A DNA stretch of 64,000 nt from Nitrospinales bacterium (GCA_965223345.1 CBDCWG010000012.1:1024001-1088000); one strand, 5' to 3'. Shown: positions 9,011 through 19,120, numbered from the stretch's first letter. Made by a program: numbers and translations. The notes: a model not told the origin generated them from the letters alone.

Positions 9011-9385
9011 TCAATTCTCCAAGATGTTTTTTACGGATTGCTTCAGTTCCGTGAGATCGGCGGATTTCAGTACATACTTGATGACCGACTCATTGAGTAG
9101 TTGCTGCATATGATGGGCGTATGCGGAGCATAAAATAATAGGCACACTAAATCCGTCTGTAATGATATTTTCCATCAACTTCAATCCGTCAATTTCGGGC
9201 ATTTTGTAATCCAATATGATCAATTCCGGATTGGATTCGCGTATTTTTCGCATGGCCTCTTTGCCATCGCTTGCGACCGCGACTTCATACCCTTCATCCT
9301 GAAATTCTTCTTTATATAAAAATCGGATATTTTGCTCGTCGTCCACAATCAGAATTCTATGCATGTCTCTCTCCTCATGCCCCAT
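9011..9385 (-). CDS. Single-domain response regulator (receiver only)
   Basis: ILIVDDE, ILDYKMPEIDG, PIILCSA and LKS motifs. Confidence 0.9.
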   Translation of the reverse strand: MGHEERDMHRILIVDDEQNIRFLYKEEFQDEGYEVAVASDGKEAMRKIRESNPELIILDYKMPEIDGLKLMENIITDGFSVPIILCSAYAHHMQQLLNESVIKYVLKSADLTELKQSVKNILEN

Positions 9386-9424
9386 CTACTCTTCAGAGAA
9401 AGTTAAATTCTAAAGTTTCGGAAT

Positions 9425-9997
9425 TCAGTTTATATATTTAATTCTGCTGTCGATTTTATTTTTGACTTGTTTTCTGCCTCTGCAAATCCTGGACATGACA
9501 GTTCCAATGGGAATATCCAGTTCCTCGGAAATGGCTTTGTATGAAAATTTTTTGAAATAGAATAATTGCAGAGGTGTTTTCAAAAAATCATCTAATCCAG
9601 CAATCACTTTTTGAATTTCTCTGTTCGTTTCATGAGACAAATATTCGGTTTCCGGCGAACTGCCATCTATCAAATGACTGGCAATATCTTCATCGGTCCA
9701 ATATTCTATTTTTTTGTTTCTCTTGTAATCCTTGGAAAATTGATTCACAAGAATTGTTATGAGCCAATATTTACATTTAGTGCGGTCTTTCAATTGCCAA
9801 AATTTAGTTATTCCACGATGGATGGTTTCCTGAACCAAATCTTCTGCAGCATCCATGTCGCGGGTGAGTTCCCGGGCTTTTGCAGACATCACATTTCTGT
9901 GGGGAATGATGAAAGTTTCAACCACTTCATTCATTGAAGTGGTTGAGTCGTGTGTTTCGAGCTCCGCCTCCCTGCGCTCTTCATCCATAACTAGCAT
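9425..9997 (-). CDS. ECF sigma-70 factor
   Basis: AEDLVQET, WL..I..N and SYKAISEELDIPIGTVMSRI motifs. Confidence 0.9.
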   Translation of the reverse strand: MLVMDEERREAELETHDSTTSMNEVVETFIIPHRNVMSAKARELTRDMDAAEDLVQETIHRGITKFWQLKDRTKCKYWLITILVNQFSKDYKRNKKIEYWTDEDIASHLIDGSSPETEYLSHETNREIQKVIAGLDDFLKTPLQLFYFKKFSYKAISEELDIPIGTVMSRICRGRKQVKNKIDSRIKYIN

Positions 9998-10115
9998 TCC
10001 CCCTGGTTCAGAAATCGACCATTTTCAATTGTTCCCCGTCAAAGCCTAATGGACCAAATGAGTTAAAAAGTTAAGGGACACTTTCTGTTAAACTTTCCAT
10101 TAAATGGAGGGGTTT

Positions 10116-10481
10116 ATGAGCAAGAAAGTGTCGAGTGAGAAGGTCGTTCAGGATATTCGCAGGAAGACGCGAAGGAAGTTCTCATCGGAGGAGAAGATCC
10201 GGATCGTTCTTGAAGGATTGCGGGGCGAGGACAGCATATCGAACCTGTGCAGACGTGAAGGGATCGCCAGCAATCTGTATTACCGTTGGAGCAAGGACTT
10301 TTTGGAGGCAGGCAAGAAACGCCTGATGGGCGATACGGTCCGGGAAGCCAACTCTGGTGAGGTTTCGGATCTAAGGAAGGAGAACGAACACTTAAAGCAG
10401 CTGGTAGCAGAGATCGTTCTGAAGAACCGGGTTCTTAAAAAAAGTCTGAATGGCTTGGACTCGGAGGACATCGAACCATGA
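10116..10481 (+). CDS. IS3-family transposase OrfA
   Basis: HTH region RRKFSSEEKIRIVLEGL...LYYRW followed by a leucine-zipper-like C-terminus. Confidence 0.92.
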   Translation: MSKKVSSEKVVQDIRRKTRRKFSSEEKIRIVLEGLRGEDSISNLCRREGIASNLYYRWSKDFLEAGKKRLMGDTVREANSGEVSDLRKENEHLKQLVAEIVLKNRVLKKSLNGLDSEDIEP

Positions 10482-11461
10482 GGTACGGTCCCTCAGAGAA
10501 GCTGGAGATCATCCGTACTGTAGAAGAATCCGAGCTTTCCGTCCGTCAGACATTGAAAGAGCTTGGAATCCACCGGAGCACCTTCTACAACTGGTATCGC
10601 AGGTTTCTGGAAGATGGCATTGAGGGCCTGGACCTGAAACAGCCCAGGGCCCGATCCTTCTGGAACAAGATTCCGGATGAGGTGAAAAAACAGGTGGTCG
10701 AGATCGCTCTGGAGCAAACCGAACTCTCGCCCCGTGAGCTGGCCTGCAGAATCACCGATATCCAGGGCTACTTCATATCGGAATCCAGCGTTTACCGGAT
10801 TCTAAAAGCCCACGATCTGGTCACAAGCCCCGCCTATATCCTGATGCAGGCGGGCGATTCCTTCAAAAACCCCACCCGGCAAATCCATGAGCTTTGGCAG
10901 ACGGATTTCACCTATTTCAGGATCGTCGGCTGGGGCTGGTATTACCTGTCTACCGTTCTGGACGATTATTCCCGATACATTCTCGCCTGGAAACTGACGA
11001 CCTCCATGACTGCCTCGGATGTGAAGGACACACTCGACGAAGCGATCTCAAACACCAGTGTGGATCGGGTCCAGGTCCGGCACAGACCCAGGCTGCTCAG
11101 CGACAACGGGCCCTGCTATCTTTCTGGTGAACTCAGGTCCTACCTGGAAAAACAGGGTATGACGCACACGCGCGGAGCCCCGTATCATCCCATGACCCAG
11201 GGCAAAATCGAACGCTATCACCGGTCCATGAAAAACGTGGTCAAACTTCAAAACTATTACTTTCCCTGGGAACTGGAGCGGGAAATCTCAAGCTTCGTGG
11301 AATACTACAACAACCACCGATATCACGAGGCACTCAACAACGTCACTCCCGCTGATGTTTACTTCGGCAGGCATCGTGAGATCCTGACAAAACGGGATCG
11401 AATCAAAAAGAAAACCCTGGAACTGAGGCGGAAACAAAACCTAAAAGCCAGGGTCGCTTAA
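10478..11461 (+). CDS. IS3-family transposase OrfB (DDE)
   Basis: WQTDFTY, LSDNG and GKIERYH motifs. Confidence 0.93.
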   Translation: MRYGPSEKLEIIRTVEESELSVRQTLKELGIHRSTFYNWYRRFLEDGIEGLDLKQPRARSFWNKIPDEVKKQVVEIALEQTELSPRELACRITDIQGYFISESSVYRILKAHDLVTSPAYILMQAGDSFKNPTRQIHELWQTDFTYFRIVGWGWYYLSTVLDDYSRYILAWKLTTSMTASDVKDTLDEAISNTSVDRVQVRHRPRLLSDNGPCYLSGELRSYLEKQGMTHTRGAPYHPMTQGKIERYHRSMKNVVKLQNYYFPWELEREISSFVEYYNNHRYHEALNNVTPADVYFGRHREILTKRDRIKKKTLELRRKQNLKARVA

Positions 11462-11795
11462 CTAAAACTTGAAAACTATATATTGAAGAACTATAAAAAT
11501 GTGTCTCTAACTAAAACTCAACTTTGGTCCAGATTCGTTTGACGACCTACACTGAGGGCCACGAAAAACTCTTCTAAAAACAATGAGTGAGCAGGAAAAT
11601 GATCCACTTAAATTCCGGAGGACCGTTTGCTCCGGAATCGATTAAAAATCAGGATGATTGGGCCCTGAAGGGGTTTGCCGCAGGCAAAAGTTGATCATAA
11701 ACTATCCGCTCGTTGGATTCAGCGATCCTGTCTTTCAATGGGATGACAGTGCGGTATCAATTCCTTAAAAGCAGCCCTTGCGTAGACAGCAAAAT

Positions 11796-12551
11796 TTATT
11801 TCTTTTGCGTCATGTCCACTTTGCCATCGAAATTTCTGTCGAGTTCCACCTTGGCCACTTTCCCAGACGCATTAAAATGTTCCCACCGGTCGGCCTTCCC
11901 ATCTTTATTGGTGTCATACTCGACTTTGACCATTTTTTTAGACGCATTGAAATACTGCCATTGGTCGGGTTTCCCGTCGCCTGTGGTGTCAAACGCCGAA
12001 TGGTCCAAGGTTTCACCCGATGAAAACACGCTCCACTGATCCACTTGACCCGTACCATTGCTATCCCTTTCCACCCGGATCAACTTTTCCTGTTCGTTGT
12101 AAAATTGCCATGTATCTGTTTGCTCATTAAAATCCTGATCAATTTCAACCTTGGACAGTTTTTCATTTTCTCCATAATACTCCTTCCAATCTGTCAAATC
12201 GTTGAACTTGCTCGATTTTTCCACTCGAATCAGCTTTCCGGCTTCAGAATAAATCTGGTGATGATCCATTTTTCCATCGCTGTTGCGGTCGAACTCCACT
12301 CGCAAAACTTTTTTATTTTCACCATAATAATCCACTTGATCCACTTTGCCATCGGCATTGGAATCGTGCTCTATTTTTTCAACGTTGCCATTCACCGAGA
12401 CATGCTGCCATTGGTCTACGGTGCCGTCAAAATCGGAATCGATTTCGTTGACCTCGGCCCAGCCTGGAGAAATCGACACGAGAAAATGAAGAACCAGCAA
12501 ACCGGCATTGAGCTTTAAAGACATTGAAATTTTTCTATGAACTTTTGACAT
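11796..12551 (-). CDS. Secreted protein with ~8.6 tandem 25-aa DxNxDG repeats
   Basis: Signal peptide, then a strict 25-aa period, e.g. EYDTNKDGKADRWEHFNASGKVAKV. Confidence 0.85.
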   Translation of the reverse strand: MSKVHRKISMSLKLNAGLLVLHFLVSISPGWAEVNEIDSDFDGTVDQWQHVSVNGNVEKIEHDSNADGKVDQVDYYGENKKVLRVEFDRNSDGKMDHHQIYSEAGKLIRVEKSSKFNDLTDWKEYYGENEKLSKVEIDQDFNEQTDTWQFYNEQEKLIRVERDSNGTGQVDQWSVFSSGETLDHSAFDTTGDGKPDQWQYFNASKKMVKVEYDTNKDGKADRWEHFNASGKVAKVELDRNFDGKVDMTQKK

Positions 12552-12570
12552 ATCGAAATCCTGGATTTGA

Positions 12571-14016
12571 TTATTCTTTCAATTGGAACTTGAACGGCAA
12601 AACAATGTTCAAAAAAGGTTTGCCTATTTCATCTGGCAGCTCCGAAAACGGAGCCGCCCTTCTCACCGCTTCCATAGCTTCTTCATTCAATTCGGGATAA
12701 TTTGTTTTTGACACCAGTTGGATGTTTTTAACGGCACCACTCTTCAGGACCATAAATTGAAGGGTCACTTGCCCTTCCCGGCCCTCTTTGCGCGCGGACT
12801 CCGGGTACCGCTTGGAGGACGCGATAGACGCTTGCAATGTCTCAAGATAACCGTCCAGTGCCCTCTGGTCGAAAATCCCTGGCACAGGCCGCGGATTGGA
12901 AATCGTGGTTGCTGTGAACAATTCCCCTTTTTGCACAATGTTCATCTTCGAGTCACTTGCGGCAACCCTGTTCGATGAAGGCGTATTGATGGATGCTCTG
13001 GCTGAGGGGACGGTGGGCACAGCGTGGATTTTCTGCTCATAAAACTCAGCAGCATTTTTCGGCTTTGTCACGGATTCGGGAGCAAAGGAGCGTGCCGACA
13101 CCAGCGCCGTGGACTTGGTGATTGTTTTATTGTGCATCCTCACTGCAGTTCCATTGGCAATTTTCAGTCCATTTGCTGCAGGAACAACCCGTTTTTGCAT
13201 ATTAGGCACGCCTTGTGATCGAGAGGGCACTCCCCTTTTAAACTCCGCAGCTTTTATTTTATCGCCAACTTGAATTTGGGTTACCGCAACCGCCCTCGCC
13301 TGGGGCAGGCGAGGGGAAACAACTTTTCGATTTTGGTCAATGAGCGTGGCGGCCTTGCCTTCGTTTTGCAAAGTACTGGATACCGGAACGGACTTGGGGG
13401 TGGAATGTGATTGAACCAGGCCGGCAGCGCTGTCATGGAAACGCGCTTCTTTTCCGGAAACCTTGGAAAAGGCGCGAATGTTTTCCACAGGCCTTGGCAA
13501 CGGGGAAACATCCGGCGGCTTTGCGGCTTTTTCCAGGGACCATTGAACCTTTGCGCTCCTATTTTCCTGAATGTTTAGTTTTTCGACCCTTTGCGGCTCT
13601 TGGACTGCCGCAGGACTGAAAATATCGGCCTTTGCCATTTGCAACGGTTTTTTTATGGGATCCACCTTTTCTTCCCGGATACCTTTTGGCCTCATTGCAA
13701 CCATTGAGGCCACCGGCTGGATCGCAATGTCTTTTTTCCTGATTTTTTGAGCCGATAAAGGTGTGTGCGGCTTTTTGATTTGCATGGGAGCCGCGCTACT
13801 TTGCTTGACAATATTGTTCTCCTTCACCGCAACTCTTCTGATGGGCCTGGGCTTTTTGGTCACCATTTCAATCTTTAATTTTTTTATTATTGGAGGAGAG
13901 TCGAGTTCCTCGGAACTGAGGAGATTCGCAGAGAGAGAGACCAAAGTGATATGCAAAAAGATGGATCCCGCAATCGCATACCCAAGAGGCGCTTGAATTG
14001 AAAAATTCCGCTTCAT
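12571..14016 (-). CDS. tonB: Energy transducer TonB (long linker)
   Basis: N-terminal SIFLH TM segment; C-terminal RYPESARKEGREGQVTLQF TonB domain. Confidence 0.88.
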   Translation of the reverse strand: MKRNFSIQAPLGYAIAGSIFLHITLVSLSANLLSSEELDSPPIIKKLKIEMVTKKPRPIRRVAVKENNIVKQSSAAPMQIKKPHTPLSAQKIRKKDIAIQPVASMVAMRPKGIREEKVDPIKKPLQMAKADIFSPAAVQEPQRVEKLNIQENRSAKVQWSLEKAAKPPDVSPLPRPVENIRAFSKVSGKEARFHDSAAGLVQSHSTPKSVPVSSTLQNEGKAATLIDQNRKVVSPRLPQARAVAVTQIQVGDKIKAAEFKRGVPSRSQGVPNMQKRVVPAANGLKIANGTAVRMHNKTITKSTALVSARSFAPESVTKPKNAAEFYEQKIHAVPTVPSARASINTPSSNRVAASDSKMNIVQKGELFTATTISNPRPVPGIFDQRALDGYLETLQASIASSKRYPESARKEGREGQVTLQFMVLKSGAVKNIQLVSKTNYPELNEEAMEAVRRAAPFSELPDEIGKPFLNIVLPFKFQLKE

Positions 14017-14030
14017 CGATCCTTACCCGG

Positions 14031-14447
14031 TCAATCTCGCACGTTGAAAGGTTCCGTAGCCAGAATGAAATCCACTGCTCCCGCCTGCCGTGCGATATCG
14101 ATGATCTCTCCAAATAAGGCGAACTCGATTTTTTCATCCCCCTCGATGACCACTATTTTGTTGTCCGCCCTCTCCAACTTTTCGTGCAACGACTTTTTTA
14201 AATTCATCTTCTGGATTGCCTGGCGATCCAGCTGAAGTTTTTGATCCTTGCTGATACTGACGACAATATTTTTGGATTCGTTTGTTTGGGAGGATTCCGC
14301 TTTGGGCAAATCTATAGCGTCTCCTTGCTTGATAGCGGTTGATGTCAACAGGAAAAATATCAATAACAGAAAAACAATATTGATCATGGGAGCCAGGTCG
14401 AGCCTGAACAGCTCCTTTTCCTTTGAATCTTTTCGCAACCTGATCAT
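14031..14447 (-). CDS. exbD: ExbD/TolR family protein
   Basis: LDLAPMINIVFLLLIFFLL (Asn at the usual Asp position); IDLPKA. Confidence 0.85.
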   Translation of the reverse strand: MIRLRKDSKEKELFRLDLAPMINIVFLLLIFFLLTSTAIKQGDAIDLPKAESSQTNESKNIVVSISKDQKLQLDRQAIQKMNLKKSLHEKLERADNKIVVIEGDEKIEFALFGEIIDIARQAGAVDFILATEPFNVRD

Positions 14448-14485
14448 ATTCCGCCTTCCAGTATCACGAAAGGGCCGCAAGCCCG

Positions 14486-14872
14486 CTATCGAATGATCGA
14501 GAAATTTTCTGTTCCCGCTTTTTTAGCTAAATCCAGGACACGGACAAACAGGTCGTATTGAACTTTTTTATGAATTTCTACAATCAAATCCTTATCCTTC
14601 TTGAGAGTCAATTTCTCTTCTAATTCAGGCACCAGCGAGTTCAAGTCGACATTTTCATCATTGATGCGGACCCAACCTTTCTCATCCACCGTTAAAGTCA
14701 ATGGGGTTTCCGAAGCCTGGGCTCCGGAGCTTTCACCCGGCAAATCAATGTCAATGCCTTGGCCATGGATAGAAAAAGTCAGCATGAAAAATATCAATAG
14801 CAAAAATACCACATCGATCAAGGGGGTGATGTCCAACCGAAATCGCCTTTTTCCCTTCTGCAGTATTTTCAC
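14486..14872 (-). CDS. exbD: ExbD/TolR family protein
   Basis: DITPLIDVVFLLLIFFM motif. Confidence 0.92.
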   Translation of the reverse strand: MKILQKGKRRFRLDITPLIDVVFLLLIFFMLTFSIHGQGIDIDLPGESSGAQASETPLTLTVDEKGWVRINDENVDLNSLVPELEEKLTLKKDKDLIVEIHKKVQYDLFVRVLDLAKKAGTENFSIIR

Positions 14873-14909
14873 AAGGAGCGGCGCGTTGAATTAAAAGGCT
14901 TCCAAACGT

Positions 14910-15587
14910 TCATACTTCGACCCATTCATCTTTCCAGTCTTTATTTGCATTCTGCTCTTCCTTTTCATCGGCAAAGTGATGAATCAGGATGCGGCCACAT
15001 TTCTCCAGGGTGAATGCGATTCTCTCGGTTCTGCGATTGAAGAAATAAAGCATGATCATCGTGGGGATGGCTACGGACAAACCCGCGGCGGTTGTTAACA
15101 GCGCTTCCCAAATACCACCTGCCAATAAACTGGGATCCACAATCCCCTTGTGCTCGGCCACCTTGTTGAAGGCCTGGACCATGCCGATCACGGTTCCCAA
15201 CAGACCCATGAGAGGAGTAATGCTTGCAATCACTTCCAAACCCGGGATGTATCTATTTTGCCTGTTGACTTCTTCTTGCCCAACTTCGGACAGCTCTTCT
15301 TCCATTTTCCATTTTGGCAGGTGTTTCAGACGCAATCCCTCGCCGATCATGCGCTTCACAGAATCTTTTGAATTATGAAGATCATTCCATTCTTGCGGCA
15401 AACCATTACCCTGAAAAGATTTTTTAAAATTTTCGAGAGTGTTTTCTGGGTTTTCCTGTGTCGTTCTGATGAAATACAGCCTTTCGATCACAATCGCCAA
15501 CGCAATCACCGAGCATACAAGAATGGGGAACATGATTAAGCCCCCTTTACCGACAAAGCTCAAGGCAGGCTGAATAAAATCAAACAT
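14910..15587 (-). CDS. exbB: MotA/TolQ/ExbB proton channel
   Basis: PLMGLLGTVIGMVQAF and GGIWEALLTTAAGL motifs; RBS AAGGAG before ATG 15587. Confidence 0.92.
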   Translation of the reverse strand: MFDFIQPALSFVGKGGLIMFPILVCSVIALAIVIERLYFIRTTQENPENTLENFKKSFQGNGLPQEWNDLHNSKDSVKRMIGEGLRLKHLPKWKMEEELSEVGQEEVNRQNRYIPGLEVIASITPLMGLLGTVIGMVQAFNKVAEHKGIVDPSLLAGGIWEALLTTAAGLSVAIPTMIMLYFFNRRTERIAFTLEKCGRILIHHFADEKEEQNANKDWKDEWVEV

Positions 15588-15613
15588 ACTATGCTCCTTA
15601 CTGTGAAAATTAT

Positions 15614-16900
15614 CTAACTCTTGTTGCTCAACCTGCCCCGGCAAAGTATGGCCTTTTGTCCATCTTCTGCCCGTTCCGTCCAGGTTGCATAAATCCTTCC
15701 GCCTGTCCCGGCAAACAGCGATGGGTAGGAGGCGCTCTTCCCAAGAAAAGGAACCTTTTCAGGTTGAGACCACCTTCCGGTCGCGGAGATTTTCATGATC
15801 CAGGGGCGGATCTTTGCCCAGCCATCGTCTCTGTCTCGTTCTCGCCCCTGAAATATGACCCATGCCTCCTTTCCGACCATTTGAATGGCCGGGTGATTTG
15901 CGTCGAGCACCTCTCCGTGGATGTCACCCAAAAACTGAAAGCTATTGCCTCCATCGGCGGACAGGGCACCGCGCAAACTGGATCTATTGTCCACTCCCGT
16001 GAACCAAGTCACAAACAGCGTCCCATCCGCGAAACCCATGGCCGGACCGGAGTGAGCGCAGCCATTGATTTTCCAACCTTCTTGCGTGACGCGGACCTTC
16101 TCCGACCAGGTTTCCCCTTGGTCCTGCGACCTGGACACAACCACGATGCGGTTGTCTCCCTCGTAAACATGCCTCCAGGAAATAAAAACCGTCCCCTTGT
16201 CATCGAAAGCGATCGCCGGACGACAGCAGGGGCAGATCGCTCCGGAAACTTTTATGTTTTTACCGAACGATCCGCCTTGATCCACAGATTTGGCAATGTA
16301 AAGGGAGCCGGTTCCAGGAGGATTGTTTTTTTTGTCGCGTCCATCCAACCACGCGACATAAATGGTTCCATCCGGCCCCACTTCCATTGCCTGAAAGGAA
16401 CGATATCCCTCTCCTTCTTCGTCGTTCACCTTGATTGCAGGGGAGAAGCTCCTGCCAAAATTCATGGAGCGGGCAAACTTGATGTCTTTGCCTCCTTGCC
16501 AAACGGCAAACACGCCAATGCCGGTTCCCTTTCTCAATAAGGGGCCGTTTTCTCCATGGGCGCTGACTTCTCCAGGAACCTGGTTGACGGGGTAGGGTTT
16601 GGAAAATGTGTCTCCGACATTGTGGGAACTCAAATAGAGAAGGTCCTGCCCTCCTTTTTCCTGATAGGCCGCATAAATGAATTTCATGCTTTCGGAGGTT
16701 TCCAGCATGAGCTGAAGCCCGTTTCCCTGCCCCACAACCTGGGGCGTGGACTCCCAATTCACCAAGCCCTCACTGCTTTCCGAACTGTTTTGGGACGGCA
16801 TCCCGGAAGGCATTGAATGATGCATGTTTCCTGTACAGGAAACATTGAAATGGAGAAAAATTAGCGCAAAGCACAAACCAACCTTTCTTGGAATTTGCAC
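15614..16900 (-). CDS. BNR/Asp-box (sialidase-fold) lipoprotein
   Basis: Asp boxes SMNFGRSFS, SVDQGGSFG, SQDQGETWS, SADGGNSF; CPCC and GCAHSGP; lipobox-like VSC. Confidence 0.85.
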   Translation of the reverse strand: MQIPRKVGLCFALIFLHFNVSCTGNMHHSMPSGMPSQNSSESSEGLVNWESTPQVVGQGNGLQLMLETSESMKFIYAAYQEKGGQDLLYLSSHNVGDTFSKPYPVNQVPGEVSAHGENGPLLRKGTGIGVFAVWQGGKDIKFARSMNFGRSFSPAIKVNDEEGEGYRSFQAMEVGPDGTIYVAWLDGRDKKNNPPGTGSLYIAKSVDQGGSFGKNIKVSGAICPCCRPAIAFDDKGTVFISWRHVYEGDNRIVVVSRSQDQGETWSEKVRVTQEGWKINGCAHSGPAMGFADGTLFVTWFTGVDNRSSLRGALSADGGNSFQFLGDIHGEVLDANHPAIQMVGKEAWVIFQGRERDRDDGWAKIRPWIMKISATGRWSQPEKVPFLGKSASYPSLFAGTGGRIYATWTERAEDGQKAILCRGRLSNKS

Positions 16901-16990
16901 GACTGTTTCCTCTCAATCTATCAAGGTGAACGATGACAATCAGAGTATTTTTTAAAAAACTTGACGCTCGGTTTCATCCTATGATTTTAC

Positions 16991-19120
16991 CTAGAACCGC
17001 ACCGTTACGCCGCCAAAAAACCGCCTACCATCACCGGGATAGAACAGTGCCGATGCAGGGGTCGCGGTGACAGCCGTTGAAAAGTTTGAAATGTATTCTG
17101 TGTCAAAAAGATTGCGTCCTGTCGCGAACAAGCTGACGTTTTTGTTCACCTCGTATCCGGCTCCAAAACCCATCAAGGTATAACCGGGCGCCGAAAACGT
17201 GTTATTAAAATCAACATCCGCCTCGCTCACCGCATCCATATTCAACGCGACAAACCAGTTATCCCGATGGTCGTAGCGCAGCTCGGTCCGATAGACATGA
17301 GGGGGCACGCCAGGAAGGGTGTTGTCTCCGAATTGAGCGTCTCCATCGAAACGAAAATCGCTGTAGGTATAGACATTGTTCCATTTCAGGCGATCCCCGC
17401 TCGACACCAGATTGCGAGCCAGCACAATACCCAAACCGGCTTCCACACCTTGATGGGTCGTGTCTTCGGCGTTGAATCCGGTGGCCGGGATGCCGCCTCC
17501 TACCGTGAACTTCAGGATTTCGTCATCCAGCCAGGCGTGATAATAAATCAGCTCCCAATCGACTATCCCCTGCTGTCCGCGAGTTCCAATCTCAAAAGTC
17601 CACGCTTTTTGCGCGTCCAGGTTGATAAACCCCGCCGTGCCCCCCTGGGTCAAATCGCTGAAATCCGGAGGCTCAAAACTTTTCGTGACATTGGCGAAGA
17701 GTTGCACGATTTCGGAATGTTGGTACAGCACACCCACTCGTGGATTGAAAGACGTGTAGGAATCGCTGTCGGTTTCGCTGGGAGTCAGCTTGTTGAACAC
17801 ATCCCGGTGCGACCAGACAAATTGCCCCCCTGCGACCAAGGCCCACTTGGGAGTGACAAAAAACTGGTTTTCTCCATACAGCACGACATTGTAGGCGGTT
17901 TGATCGGCGTCGGCAATCAGAGCGCCCCGCTGCCCACCGTTGTTGACAAATACTTTTGCATCCGTATTCCCTGCGTGAGTGGTGACTCCCACGCGAAAGG
18001 TATTTGAATATTCTCCAATCTTATAGTTCCCGGAACCTTGCGCGAACACCCCATAGTTGTTGCTGTCCTGGTCGATGACCCCGACAAAAGACGTGATCGG
18101 ATGGAACAAAGATTTATCCGTGACAAATGCACCGACATCCAACTTTTTCCCTTCGCCAAGATCGAAGGTGGTTTTATTGGAAAGCCTGAAGGAAACGATG
18201 TCGCGGTGTTCATCGTCTCTACTGACAGAAGCCCGGCTATCTTCCGGTTTGTTTAAAGCGGATGAGCGGGTCACCGTTCCGGGCAGCTCCAGTTCGATGT
18301 CGTTTGCGGTAAAATAAAAACGGGTTTCTGCTGTTTCGGAGAGCTGGACTCCCAAATTTGAATTGAATTTGAAACTTTCCTGGTCCGCGTGCACTCGAAA
18401 CCCGTTGCTCGTCAATGCGGTGAAGCTGAGAAACAGATCCGCCTTGTCAAATACCATGCCGGATTGAATGTTCCCGCGATAGGTGTCATCCGATCCCAAT
18501 TCAAAGCGCAATTGATAGCCGGGATGACTTTGACCGGTTTTGGAGATCATGTTGATGGCGCCTCCAATTGAGGTGCCTCCATACTGCATTGCATTTCCGC
18601 CTTTGAACACTTCAATGCGTTGCAAGGTGAGGTTGTCTATTTCCTGGAAATCGCCGCTGCTATCCGCGGAGTTGAAAGGCACGCCATCCTGCAAAGCCAC
18701 CAAACCCTTCTGATGGAAATTGCGTTCAATACCGGAACCCCGGATCGAAATACGCACCTCTTCTGCGAAGCGCTTGGTTGCATAGACTCCTGGGACAAAG
18801 GAAAGTGTGTCCTCAAAGTTTTGACTGAAATCATTTTCAAAGGCTTTACTGTCCACCACCGCCGCACCGCCTGGAGTGCGTTGTATTATTTTCGCGGCTT
18901 CCAAATTGCTTGGCACCGTCAAGGTTCCGACTGTGGATTCGAATGTCCCGATAGATGTTCCGGTGGTTTCTTTAAGCTTTGCCTTTGGGGCTTCTATGAG
19001 GACTTCCCGCAATACCTGTTGATCCTCTTTCTCAGCCGCCAAAACGGACTGCGCAATTACAAAATTCAACAGGCCACAAAACAAGACCCACCAGACCGAT
19101 ACTTTTTTCCGACAAAACAT
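16991..19120 (-). CDS. TonB-dependent outer-membrane receptor
   Basis: Plug motifs ISIRGSG and RIEVFKGGNAMQYG...GGAIN; NLFD..Y; C-terminal Phe. Likely start at 19120. Confidence 0.93.
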   Translation of the reverse strand: MFCRKKVSVWWVLFCGLLNFVIAQSVLAAEKEDQQVLREVLIEAPKAKLKETTGTSIGTFESTVGTLTVPSNLEAAKIIQRTPGGAAVVDSKAFENDFSQNFEDTLSFVPGVYATKRFAEEVRISIRGSGIERNFHQKGLVALQDGVPFNSADSSGDFQEIDNLTLQRIEVFKGGNAMQYGGTSIGGAINMISKTGQSHPGYQLRFELGSDDTYRGNIQSGMVFDKADLFLSFTALTSNGFRVHADQESFKFNSNLGVQLSETAETRFYFTANDIELELPGTVTRSSALNKPEDSRASVSRDDEHRDIVSFRLSNKTTFDLGEGKKLDVGAFVTDKSLFHPITSFVGVIDQDSNNYGVFAQGSGNYKIGEYSNTFRVGVTTHAGNTDAKVFVNNGGQRGALIADADQTAYNVVLYGENQFFVTPKWALVAGGQFVWSHRDVFNKLTPSETDSDSYTSFNPRVGVLYQHSEIVQLFANVTKSFEPPDFSDLTQGGTAGFINLDAQKAWTFEIGTRGQQGIVDWELIYYHAWLDDEILKFTVGGGIPATGFNAEDTTHQGVEAGLGIVLARNLVSSGDRLKWNNVYTYSDFRFDGDAQFGDNTLPGVPPHVYRTELRYDHRDNWFVALNMDAVSEADVDFNNTFSAPGYTLMGFGAGYEVNKNVSLFATGRNLFDTEYISNFSTAVTATPASALFYPGDGRRFFGGVTVRF

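Larger units (their letters stand above)
10030..11551 (+). mobile_element. IS3-family insertion sequence, copy 1 (1522 bp)
   Basis: TG...CA ends with imperfect IRs (tgttccccgtcaaa..tggaccaaa / tgtaggtcgtcaaa..tggaccaaa); orfA/orfB; A7G slippery site at 10437-10444. Matches the other copies. Confidence 0.95.

Noticed and set aside
9855..10049. Plus-strand ORFs ending ...FPVKA (also 20042-20356)
   Set aside because: The shared tail is read-through into the IS left end. One ORF is antisense to the sigma gene, the other overlaps an IS remnant.
11552..11558. Right flank of IS copy 1 (ctgaggg) equals the reverse complement of the truncation point of copy 2 (ccctcag)
   Set aside because: Only 7 bp and the next base disagrees; cannot be distinguished from chance.
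11600..11790. Possible riboswitch (GGCAAACC on the minus strand, local hairpins)
   Set aside because: The rest of the c-di-GMP-I consensus is absent, and the position is downstream of an operon.
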